64,000 nt of DNA from assembly GCA_963805975.1 (NCBI GenBank), contig CAWDVR010000005.1:640001-704000 (forward strand). The letters run 5' to 3'. The notes beneath the pieces are model-generated. The model did no database searches, was not told the DNA's origin, and worked only from the letters and a program-made list of their open reading frames with translations. Of the stretch, positions 10,724-20,004 are shown piece after piece (the first letter of the stretch is position 1; the number at the start of each line of letters is the position of its first letter). A program made the position numbers and the translations under genes. Source of the stretch: an uncultured Acidobacteriota bacterium. GTDB lineage: Bacteria > Acidobacteriota > Thermoanaerobaculia > Multivoradales > SZUA-115.

Positions 10724-10881
10724 ACAGGGTTTCCTCCGTTTCGGTGGCGCTCCAGCTCGTTCAGGTTCGGCACTCGCCGATCCGTAAACGCGGTTCTGGG
10801 AGCCTGAACGGCGCGAGCGCGGTGCGGAAGAAGGAGAGGAAGGGGAAGGAGCGGGAGGCAGGCGGCTCGAAGCAGGCGCAT
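10720..10881 (-). CDS. Possible 53-aa small protein upstream of the lipoprotein
   Basis: GGAGG RBS, MRLLRAACLPLLPLPLLLPHRARA..., and a TGA overlapping the lipoprotein ATG. Confidence 0.3.
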   Translation of the reverse strand: MRLLRAACLPLLPLPLLLPHRARAVQAPRTAFTDRRVPNLNELERHRNGGNPV

Positions 10882-10992
10882 GTAGTCCCTCCGGGTCGTG
10901 GTTGCCCTTCGACCCTGCGTCGTCAGGTCGGCAACAGGGTTCCGAGTCAGTCTTCTCGGCTTGGCTGAAGGGCGGTCGTTTGGAGGAGACTA

Positions 10993-11028
10993 TACACCAA
11001 GATGATGTACACCGCGTTGGTGTACATC
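10993..11028. promoter_or_regulatory. Overlapping palindromic operators upstream of the XRE gene
   Basis: Perfect inverted repeat GATGTACACC-N5-GGTGTACATC at 11004-11028. TACAYC half-sites recur at a 15-bp period. Confidence 0.6.
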
Positions 11029-11045
11029 AAGAATGGGGATACACA

Positions 11046-11270
11046 ATGCGGGTGTCGTCGTGGCGCCCGGGACGTTATGAGCAGCTGCTCGTCCGACTTC
11101 GGGCGGCGCGGCTCCAAGCAGACCTCACGCAAGTCGAGGTAGCAGAGGCACTTAAGGTTCCGCAGCAGCACGTCTCGCGGATCGAGCTTGGGGAGCGCCG
11201 GATCGATCCCGTGGAGCTCTTCGAACTCGCGGAGCTCTACGGCAAGCCCCTCTGCTTCTTTTTCGACTAG
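11046..11270 (+). CDS. XRE-family HTH regulator
   Basis: RLRAARLQADLTQVEVAEALKVPQQHVSRIELGERRID. Confidence 0.9.
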   Translation: MRVSSWRPGRYEQLLVRLRAARLQADLTQVEVAEALKVPQQHVSRIELGERRIDPVELFELAELYGKPLCFFFD

Positions 11271-11428
11271 GCAACAGGCTCTCTGACGGGTCGGCTGCGG
11301 GAGTCGCTCGCCTCCCTGCGAACTGGCTCAGGTTGTCCGTCTCACTCCGCATAAACGCGTTTGTGGTTGGCCGGAAGTCCGCTCCTGCGGCTCGCCCGGC
11401 CCTGACACGCGATACTGCGGGAGGAACC

Positions 11429-12120
11429 ATGCCGCTACGCACCTCGACTGTCCTCTCCCACTGGCACCAGCTCTTCGAGGGCTTCTCGACCTCGACCCAG
11501 GAGTTCTACGCCGCCGTCGAAGAGGCGGTCCGGCGCGGAACCTCCCCGAGATCGAGATCTCGCGCGTCCTTTTCAAGGAAGGCGGCATCGCGTCCGCGGA
11601 CCGCGAGTACCTGCGGGTGCAGCGGAAGCGGATCGCCTTCGACATCTGCTCGGCGCCATACGGAGGCGGCCACTTCTTCTCCTGGTGGCTCGCGCGAGAT
11701 CCCGCCGCAGTACGGGCTCCTCATCACGCTCGGCGTCCTGGTCGTCGTCTTCGTCATGGCTCTTCGCCGTGCAGGCGTTCTGCGCCGCTTATCCGGCGGA
11801 CAGCTGCGCGGGGTTTCTTCGTCGCTCGTGCTTTCGTCCTTGGGTTGCCGGTCATCCTTCTCTTCTTCGGCTTTCTGGTCCGCGAGGGCATCGTCGGAGA
11901 CGAGGAGTGGGTGCTCTCGCTCTCCGATCCTCGGCTACCTCTATCTCATCGCCTTCAACCCCGCCACGTACTACCGACTCGACACCGCGATGATGTTCCG
12001 CGACTCGATACGGAGCGCCGTCGAGGAGGTCGTTAACCAGGTCGCGAGACCGCGCAGGGACTCCGAGCGCTCTCGCCGGGAAGACTTCGCGACCACATGA
12101 GGACGGCGGACGTGCGTGAT
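11429..12120 (+). CDS. Membrane protein directly upstream of the VirD4-like fusion, frameshifted
   Basis: GGAGGA RBS; SHWHQLFEGF...REYLRVQR...FFSWWL, two to three hydrophobic segments, and TYYRLDTAMMF. The 3' end is approximate. Confidence 0.6.
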
Positions 12121-15100
12121 GCGCTCGCCTGATCGAGCGCGCTGACCGAGCACTTCTATGAATGGGAACTCCGGGGCCGCGGGTGGCGAAGCGTACGGCC
12201 ATCCCGTAGCCCTGGAGCCACCTTTCGCGCCCTTCATCCATACCGCCACGCCTGTAGAGGTCGACGACGGCAGGCAGCCGACATTCGCTCTCAGCCCTCC
12301 TCGAACGGTTCTTCTCGCGGAAGCAGCCGCCACAGAGCCCGGCTGAGGCCGAGCTCAGAGCCGGAGCCGCACACCTCGAGGGCCGAGCGCTCGTCGAGTT
12401 CTCAATTCCCTCAGATGCACGTTCTCCGTCGAGGCGCACTCGCCGTCTTCCTCGGCGCCTGCGCCGCCCGTCGGCCCGGTTTCCTTCGAGCTCTCGGCGA
12501 TCGAGGGGAGGATCGTCGTGCGGCTGCCGCATACGAGACTCGACGCTCTGTTCCTTGACAGCTGCGCGGCCGTTCTTCCCGGGCCTGACACTTCAGAAGG
12601 CGGCGCCCCTCGAAGACGAAGTCTGGCGGTTCGGGGAAGGACGCAGCGGAGTCGAGTCGCGGGCTTTGAGTTTGGCCTTGCCCGCGAGTTCATGGTCGCT
12701 CCGCTCTCCGAAGCACTTCGGCTCGATCCGCTCCTCGCGACTCGTCGGCGCCCTTGCGAGCCGAAGCGGGGAGCATCGGCGCAGTCGTCCAGGTCCTCTT
12801 CCAGGGACGCGCGCTGCGCCTGGAGCAGCGAGCGATCTCGCGGGCGGTGCGCACTCCCTGGGGCGACCCCTTCTTCGCGGACGCCCCTGAGATGACGAAG
12901 CTCGCCGGTGAGAAGATCGTCGCGCCCGCTCTTCGCGGTCGCTCTCCGCGTCGCTCGTCTGCGGAGACCAGGAGGGCGGAGCTGTGGACAGGCGCTGCGG
13001 AGCTTGGCGAGCGCACTCACGCGCATCGGCGTCCGGGCGAGCAGGAATTCATGCCGCTCTTGGAGATCGAGAGCCGGAGCTACTCGCTGACGTACTCCTC
13101 GCGCACGACGCACCGCGTCCGGGCATGCTCCTCTCTTCCGAGGAACTCGCGCTCCTGGTGCACCCGCCGGCACTCCGTCTGCCTCCGAGAGCGTCGCCGC
13201 GGGACGGAGAGCGCACCAAGGCCGCGCCGCCTGAAGCTCATCGGGCGGGATCCTCATCGGCGAGAACGTCCACGAGGGGCAGAGCGATCGGAGATCACGC
13301 CTCTCGTGACGCTCCGGACGAAGCATGTCCACGTCGTCGGCGCATCGGGCACCGGGCAAGTCAACGCTCCTCGTGAACCTGATCCTCGCAGGACATCGAG
13401 GACGGTCACGGCGTTGCGGTGTCTCGAGCCGCACGGCGATCTCGATCGACGAGGTGCTCGCGCGGATTCCTCCGAGGACGCCGAGCCGATGTCATCCTCT
13501 TCGACCCGTCGCGCACAGACCTCACCCGTCGGCTGGAACATGCTCGCCGCTCATTCGGACGCGGAGAAGGAAATTCTCGCCTCCGACCTCGTGTGCGGTC
13601 TTCCGGCGGCTCTCGACCTCCTGGGGCGACCAGATGACGGCGGTTCTCGCCAATGCCATCCTCGCGTTCCTGGAGTCCGATCGCGGCGGGACGCTCCTCG
13701 ATCTGCGGCGCTTCCTCGTTGACGCAGAAGTTCCGAACCGCGTTTCTCGCGACGGTTCGCGACCCGTATGCCCGCTCGTTCTGGGAAACCGAGTTTCCGC
13801 TTGCTCGGAGGACGGAACTCCGCAGGGGCCGATCCTCACCCGGCTCGACTACGTTCCTGCGCGGCAAAGCTGCTGCGGCGGATGGTTACCGAAGCTGACA
13901 ATCCGATCGACTTCAGAGCGCTGGTCGAAGCGGGCGGGATCTTCCTCGGCAAGCTCTCGCAGGGCGCAATCGGGGAGGAGAACGCCGCGCTCCTTGGATC
14001 GCTCCTCGTCTCCCAGCTCCACCAGGTCGCGCTCATGCGCCAGGACACCGAGGCTGCCGCCCGTCGCCCGTTCTTCTTCTACGTGGACGAATTCCAGCAC
14101 TTCGCCACCGCCTCCATGGCCTCGCTCTTCTCCGGCGCGCGGAAGTATCGGCCTCGGCCTCACCGTCGCCCACCAGGATCTTTACCAGCTCCATGCGAAG
14201 GCGCCGGATGTCGAGCGCGCAGTTATGGCCAATGCATACCTGCGCGTGGTCTTCCGGGTCGGAGACGAGGACGCCCGAGCGCTGGAGAAGGGCCTCTCGT
14301 TTTTCGAGGCGAGCGACCTCACGACGCTCTCGACCGGCGAGACGATCGTTCGCGTCGGCCGCAGCGACCACGACTTCAGGATGGAAACCGAAGCCCTGCC
14401 TCCGAGGGCTGGCGAATCGAGCCGGGAGGCAATCCTCGGTCTTCTGCGAAAGCGATATCCGGCCCATGAGGAGGAGGCGGTACCTGTGCCGGTGGAGGCG
14501 CCGCGGCCGGCTCCCGTATTCACACCGGAGCCGACACCGAAGGCGGCTGTGCCACCGCCCGAGCCGACCATCGACAAATTGACACTCGACTATCTCTCCC
14601 TCACGGCCTCCGCTCCCTTCCTCACCGTGAGGGAGCGGAATGAGGCGCTCTCCCTGAGCGCGTGGCGCGGGAACGCCGTGAAGGACGAGATTCTCCAGCG
14701 GGGGCTCGCCCGCGAAGTCGCCATAAACCCCGGCGGGCGGGGTGAGCGGTTCAAGCTCCTTGAGCTGACGGCTGAGGGTCGGACACTCCTCTCGCGCTTC
14801 TCTGTGGCCCTTCCAGCCGGCTACGGGCGCGGCGGCATAGCCCACCAATGGTGGGCCAACCGGATCGCCTCGTGGCTCGCTCTCCAGGGCATGGAGCCCA
14901 TTGTCGAGGACGCCTCGTCAGGCGCGCGTGTGGATCTCGCCTTCCGTGCGGGCACGGAGCGCATCGCTCTTGAGATCGAGCTCTCCGACAGGCACGTTGT
15001 GGAGAATGTGCGCAAGGACACCGAGGCAGGGTTCGATCGGATCGTCATCCTCGCGGGGGAGTTGGTCAACATCGGGAGCCTCAGCGCGAAGCTGGGGGAG

Positions 15101-15484
15101 TTGCCACCGCATGTCCAGATCGCGGAGCTTCAGTCCTTCGAGGCCCTCATCGCCCCTCTCCTCACTCCTCTTCCTCCCGTACGACGCCCGAACCAAAACC
15201 AAGAACCAAGACGCCGCAGGCGGCTGGGAACCGCGCAGACTCCTTCGCCGCGTCCCGTGCTCGATCCATTCGACTCCGGAGCGCTGGCCACGCCCTCAGC
15301 CGCCGCCTTCTTGGGGCTTTCGCCGGCGACCCTGGAGACGCTGCGCTGCCGCGGTGGCGGGCCGCCCTTCGTGAAGCTTGGGCGGCGGGTGGTGTACCGG
15401 CGTGAGGACTTGGAGGCGTGGATTACGAGCAGTCGGAGGGCGTCAACGAGCGCTGAGAGCGCCCCCAAAATCCGCCCAACGTGA
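12119..15484 (+). CDS. Large VirD4/TrwB-like ATPase fused to a PD-(D/E)XK-like domain and a C-terminal excisionase-like HTH; many frameshifts in the 5' part
   Basis: HVHVVGASGTG(K)S, EPHGD, FYVDEFQ, GARKY and AHQ; then RVDLAF...IALEIELS; then AAAFLGLSPATLETLRCRGGGPPFVKLGRRVVYRREDLEAW. Confidence 0.75.
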
Positions 15485-15501
15485 TTGCCATGTGATTGCC
15501 A
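15481..15501. repeat. 10-bp direct repeat beside the presumed att site
   Basis: GTGATTGCCA-T-GTGATTGCCA, about 50 bp from the tRNA 3' end. Confidence 0.6.
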
Positions 15502-15549
15502 GCGAGGCGGGAGAGGATTCGCTGGGTTCCGCTAAGTCCTTGAGAGTAT

Positions 15550-15625
<76 letters not shown>

Positions 15626-15642
15626 ACGCGTGGGAACGGCAG

Positions 15643-15672
15643 AATGTAGCGGCTCGGCTCGGCGAGTGTCAA
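15643..15672 (-). promoter_or_regulatory. Sigma70-type promoter of the tRNA
   Basis: TTGACA-N18-TACATT. Confidence 0.6.
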
Positions 15673-15721
15673 GCTCGGCGTGAGCGAGACTTTGGAACTG
15701 TAGGCGTAGAATGTCGTAGCC

Positions 15722-16288
15722 ATGACCCCGGAAGCACAGGCCACCGCCGCGCCTCTCAAGAGCCTTAGCCGGCAGGCGAAGCTCGGTCTAGTCGCCGTGG
15801 CGATCACTGCGGCGGTCGCGCTGTTCTGGCCCCGCAGCGAGACCCGCGATGCGCCCGGCGGCTTCCTCTACGATCCGGACGGCCGCCCTGCGACCTTGGG
15901 CGAGCGGGTGGCCCCGGTAACGCTGCTGCACTTCTGGGCTACCTGGTGCGCTCCCTGTGTGACCGAGATCCCTTCTCTCAACCGCCTCGGAGCGGAGGTC
16001 GGCAACGACGACTTCGCGATCGTGATGGTGGCGGTCGACGACGAGCAGGAGAAGGTGGCGCCGTTCCTGGGGAAGAGGGCGGCGATGGCGCTCTACGATC
16101 CTTCGTGGGAAGTCGCCCACCGCTACGGCACCTACAAGCTGCCCGAGACCTATCTGGTGGTGGCCAACAAGGTGGTCGAACGGTTCGTCGGCGCTCAGGA
16201 CTGGGACAGCCCCGAGCTGCGGCGGCGCCTGGCCGAGAAGGTGGCGGCGTACCACCCGTCCGGCCTGACTTACGTCGCCGAGCGCTAG
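15722..16288 (+). CDS. TlpA/ResA-family thiol-disulfide oxidoreductase
   Basis: N-terminal membrane anchor, FWATWCAPC, and LPET cis-Pro loop. Confidence 0.92.
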   Translation: MTPEAQATAAPLKSLSRQAKLGLVAVAITAAVALFWPRSETRDAPGGFLYDPDGRPATLGERVAPVTLLHFWATWCAPCVTEIPSLNRLGAEVGNDDFAIVMVAVDDEQEKVAPFLGKRAAMALYDPSWEVAHRYGTYKLPETYLVVANKVVERFVGAQDWDSPELRRRLAEKVAAYHPSGLTYVAER

Positions 16289-16307
16289 AACGACCAGAAA
16301 CCGGAGG

Positions 16308-16859
16308 TTAGAAGTGGAAGGCTACGCCGGCCTGCCCGGTGACGAAGGTCTGAGCGTCGTCGAGGTTCGCCCAGTGCCCGGCGAGATCGATGATGAAGTT
16401 CAATCTCCGGGTCAGCTCGAACTCACCGGTCAGGCCCAGTACCAACCCGAAGGAGGTGTCGGTGCGGGTGTCGCCACCGGCGAGCGGGTTGCCCTCCAGG
16501 CGATAGCCCCCCAGGCCGAAGTAGACGCCGGACTCGTAGAAGGCGTGATCGTAGCGGTACTCGCCGGAGATGTTGACGTAGTCGAGCCCGGCCTCGGTGA
16601 GCTCCTCGAAGATCTCGTCGTCATCGAGGTCGAGGTGACCGACCCGCAGGGCGAGGTGGGTCTTGGGCTCGGTGACCAGAGCGGCGGTCAACTGGTAGGC
16701 CGTGTTGGACAGCGAGTCCCCGGGATTGGCGTCGAGCGAGCCACCGAGACCACCCAGGGCGCCCACCGTGAAGGTGTAACGATCCTGGGCCGCGGCCGGC
16801 GAGGCGGCCAGGCTCAGGACGAAGAGAAGGCACGAGCAGGGTAGCAGTCTCAGCTTCAA
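16308..16859 (-). CDS. Outer-membrane beta-barrel protein
   Basis: Signal peptide ending AAA-Q, amphipathic strands and C-terminal VAFHF. The TTG start is inferred. Confidence 0.75.
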   Translation of the reverse strand: MKLRLLPCSCLLFVLSLAASPAAAQDRYTFTVGALGGLGGSLDANPGDSLSNTAYQLTAALVTEPKTHLALRVGHLDLDDDEIFEELTEAGLDYVNISGEYRYDHAFYESGVYFGLGGYRLEGNPLAGGDTRTDTSFGLVLGLTGEFELTRRLNFIIDLAGHWANLDDAQTFVTGQAGVAFHF

Positions 16860-16986
16860 GGCTTTTTCCTCCGGCGTACTTTTTTGCTCCGGCGTAAGTA
16901 TAGCGCTCGGCAATCCGTCTCTTGGTTCGACGCCGGGTCCCTCCGTCCGGAGCCCGGGCGCACTCCGCGTATACGGTCCAGGCCCC

Positions 16987-17835
16987 ATGCCCGTCACAAC
17001 CTCCTGGCTCGCCAACCTCCTCGACTGGCTCCTGCCTCATCGCTGCCTCGGCTGTGGCAAGGCCATCCGGGGGAGAGCCGCGCCCTTGAGTCTCTGCGCC
17101 GGTTGTCGTGATCGGCTGCGGCCGGTGGGAGCCGGCTGCGCGCTTTGCGGGCGGCCGCTGGCCGGCGCCCGCCTGCCCGCGGGCTATCGCTGTGGCCGCT
17201 GCCGCGCTCAGCCGCCGCTGCTGTCCCGGCTGCTCGCAGCCTTCTCCTACGAGCCACCTCTCGACACCGTGATCCTGGCGCTCAAATTCTCTCGTCTCGA
17301 ATACCTCGGCAGGCACCTGGCCGTGGCGGCCTGGCAACGGCTGGGGTCCGACCTCCTGGTTCCCGACGCCGTGGTGCCCGTGCCTCTGCACTGGAGGCGG
17401 CGCTGGGTGCGAGGTTTCAACCAGGCAGAGCTGATCGCGAACCCACTCGCCGAGCTGCTCGCCGTGCCTTGTCGCCGGGAGCTGTGCCGCCGCCGCGCCA
17501 CGGCGCCGCAGGCGGGGCTCCCCCGGGCGGAGCGCCTGCTGAACCCCCGCCGCGCCTTCCGCGTGCGCCGGCCGGCCGACGTCGCCGGCAAGCGCCTGCT
17601 GCTGATCGACGACGTGGTCACCACCGGAGCGACGCTCGAAGCTGCGGCGCGGGAGCTTCTCGCCGCCGGCGCCACCCGCGTCGAGGCGCTGGTGATGGCG
17701 CGCACTCCGGAGCCGGCGCGCCGGGACAGGCCCGTCCTCGACCGGCTACACTGTTCTCCCCAGATCTCCTCGGCTTCGAGCCCGATCACTGGCATGGCTC
17801 TTGAAGACCTAAAGCGCCGACATGAATGCGTTTGA
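16987..17835 (+). CDS. comF: ComF-family protein (double zinc ribbon plus PRTase domain)
   Basis: CxxC pairs, RGFNQA and LIDDVVTTGATL. Confidence 0.9.
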   Translation: MPVTTSWLANLLDWLLPHRCLGCGKAIRGRAAPLSLCAGCRDRLRPVGAGCALCGRPLAGARLPAGYRCGRCRAQPPLLSRLLAAFSYEPPLDTVILALKFSRLEYLGRHLAVAAWQRLGSDLLVPDAVVPVPLHWRRRWVRGFNQAELIANPLAELLAVPCRRELCRRRATAPQAGLPRAERLLNPRRAFRVRRPADVAGKRLLLIDDVVTTGATLEAAARELLAAGATRVEALVMARTPEPARRDRPVLDRLHCSPQISSASSPITGMALEDLKRRHECV

Positions 17836-17860
17836 CAGCCCAGGGACGCAGGACTACACT
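17832..17860 (+). promoter_or_regulatory. Sigma70-type promoter
   Basis: TTGACA-N17-TACACT, upstream of the ATG at 17897. Confidence 0.6.
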
Positions 17861-17896
17861 GACTCCCTGAATTACTGTCGATCTCCCAAACCTCCC

Positions 17897-19846
17897 ATGA
17901 TGGTGGCCAAGACAGACACGGGCGGAACGTCGATCAGCCGTGCCTCGCGGCGTGGTCGGCGCTTGGCGAGCGGGCTGCTCGCGGCCGGCCTGTGGCTCTC
18001 CGCGAGCGCTGGCGCCGAGGAGCCTCAGGGCTTTCTCGCCGGCATGGTCCGGGGCACCGAGGCCACACCCATCGTCTCGGCACAGGTCTACGCCTACAGC
18101 ATGGCCGACTTCGAGCTGCGCAAGGTTCTCACCGACCTCGCCGGCCGCTTCCAGTTCGCCGGCCTGCCGGCGGGTCTCTACAACATCGTCGCCTACAAGC
18201 CGGGCTTCGTGCCGGCGGTGGTGGCGCTGATCCGGCCGGAAGCCGAGCGTGACCAGACGTTGGACGTCCACCTGCTGCCGGAGGACCCTTCGCAGCCCCA
18301 CGCCGCGGAGGACTACTGGGAAGCCAGGAGCAGGGTACCGGCAGACGTGCTGCGCGACATCGAGACGCAGGCCTTCGACACCACTCCCGCCGGCAGTTCT
18401 CTGGCCGAATCTTTGAGCCGCTTCTCGACCGGCCTCGAAGCCAGCACCGGCGTCGACGACATCGTCGCTCTGGGCGAGGCCCAATTGACCGGCGGGCGCT
18501 TGAGCTTCGAGGGCCAGCTCGAGCGGGTCGACATCGGCGTGCAAGGCGATTTCTGGCGTCTCCAACCGACGACCTCGATGGGCGCTCAGCAGGCGGCGGT
18601 CGAAGGCAGCGCCAACCAGGTGTCGGTCGACTTGAAGAGCCAGAGCGAGTCGCACTTCAGCCTGACCACGGCGAGCAACCGCCTGGTCACCCGGCAGGGC
18701 GGCATCGAGCGGCCGGTGGACTTCGACCGCGTTCGCCTCGACTACTCCCAGGCCTGGGGCGAGAGCGGTGGCGAGTCCGCCTTCTCCGCGCAGGTGATCG
18801 ACGAGGCCAATTTCTACAGCGGCGGCGCCCTGGAGCCGGCCGACATCCCGCGGGCCTCGCGGACCTGGGAAGTGGAAGGGAGCTACAGCCGGGAGATCTC
18901 GGACCGCACCATGGTGGCGACCGGCGTGCGCTACCGCGAGCGCCAGGCGGAGATGCTGCTGGGCCCGGCGCTGTCCCCGGTGCTGCCCGGTCCGGTCGAC
19001 CGCATGGACATCTTCGGCGAAGGCGGCTACCGGGTGCGGCCGGCGATGCTCATCGAGTACGGCGTGTACACGGTGCTGCGCGACGGCAACCTGGCGCTGG
19101 CCCCGCAGGGCGGCCTGGTGTTGCAGATCAACCCGCACTGGCAGGTGGCGGGCAGGGCGAGCAGCCGCTTCTCGGACGAGGACTCCTTCGAGGGCCTGGC
19201 GAGCGACTTCCTGCCGACCCTGTATCGCAGCACGCAGTCGGCCTGTGACCAGGGTGACGAACGTTGCTACCAGGTCCAGCTCACTCGCAAGGAGGGCGAC
19301 GAGACGTTGTCCCTGGGGGCCGTGCACCGCGAGCTGGGAGAGACCCTCAGGCTCTACTTCAGTGACGACTTCTTCGACCGCCAGGAAAGCGTGTACCTGG
19401 TCCCCGGCGACCGGCTCCCGGAGCTGCAGTTGGCCGTTACTCACCGCCTGTCGCCCAATATCCTGACGCGGCTCGAGTCGACCTATGCCGACGGCGGCGG
19501 CGGAACCTTCTACGCCTCGAACCGCGACGCGTACGAGAACGAGGTCCGCTACCTGATCACCTCGGTGGACGCCCAGTTCCGTTCGACCTCGACGGGCGTC
19601 TTCCTGGCCTTCCACCAGCTCGAGCAGAGCCTGCTGCCGCAGATGGCGGGCGCGCCGGCCATGGAGCCTCTGCTTTCCGAGCGCCTCCAGCTCAAGGTCA
19701 GCCAGGATCTGAACGTGCTCCTCGATCTGCCGGCGGACTGGGCTCTCCAGCTCAATATGGAGCTCTCCCGCGGCAGTCTCTCCGACGACGAGGACAAGGA
19801 CGCCCTCCGGCGCCGGATCCTCGGCGGCATCGCCGTCAAGTTCTAG
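17897..19846 (+). CDS. Outer-membrane protein: carboxypeptidase-regulatory-like domain plus probable beta-barrel
   Basis: Signal peptide, TDLAGRFQFAGLPAGLYNIVAYKPGF, and C-terminal GIAVKF. Confidence 0.75.
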   Translation: MMVAKTDTGGTSISRASRRGRRLASGLLAAGLWLSASAGAEEPQGFLAGMVRGTEATPIVSAQVYAYSMADFELRKVLTDLAGRFQFAGLPAGLYNIVAYKPGFVPAVVALIRPEAERDQTLDVHLLPEDPSQPHAAEDYWEARSRVPADVLRDIETQAFDTTPAGSSLAESLSRFSTGLEASTGVDDIVALGEAQLTGGRLSFEGQLERVDIGVQGDFWRLQPTTSMGAQQAAVEGSANQVSVDLKSQSESHFSLTTASNRLVTRQGGIERPVDFDRVRLDYSQAWGESGGESAFSAQVIDEANFYSGGALEPADIPRASRTWEVEGSYSREISDRTMVATGVRYRERQAEMLLGPALSPVLPGPVDRMDIFGEGGYRVRPAMLIEYGVYTVLRDGNLALAPQGGLVLQINPHWQVAGRASSRFSDEDSFEGLASDFLPTLYRSTQSACDQGDERCYQVQLTRKEGDETLSLGAVHRELGETLRLYFSDDFFDRQESVYLVPGDRLPELQLAVTHRLSPNILTRLESTYADGGGGTFYASNRDAYENEVRYLITSVDAQFRSTSTGVFLAFHQLEQSLLPQMAGAPAMEPLLSERLQLKVSQDLNVLLDLPADWALQLNMELSRGSLSDDEDKDALRRRILGGIAVKF

Positions 19847-19954
19847 CCCCATTCCTTTGAATCCAAAAATCCGGTCCGACTCCGGGCGTTTGGATCAAGT
19901 CGGCTAAATTCTCTATCCAAAGGCCTGAGCAGGCCATCCAAAGCATTGTACTGG

Positions 19955-19970
19955 TGGCACGAACTGTGCT
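19955..19970 (+). promoter_or_regulatory. Sigma54 (-24/-12) promoter candidate
   Basis: TGGCACG-AACT-GTGCT has one mismatch to TGGCACG-N4-TTGCW and lies 34 nt before the kinase ATG. Confidence 0.65.
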
Positions 19971-20004
19971 GAGCTAGGAGCCGGTCAAGGAACCCGCTAG
20001 CTCG

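Larger units (their letters stand above)
1..15549. mobile_element. Genomic island (possibly two nested elements) at the 3' end of tRNA-Ala; left end lies outside the window
   Basis: Recombinase, primase-like, ATPase, XRE, RuvC-like and VirD4-like genes run up to the tRNA CCA end. GC is visibly lower than the flank, and housekeeping genes start right after the tRNA. Confidence 0.85.

Noticed and set aside
1-15549. Prophage
   Set aside because: No capsid, terminase, portal, tail or lysis genes are recognisable.
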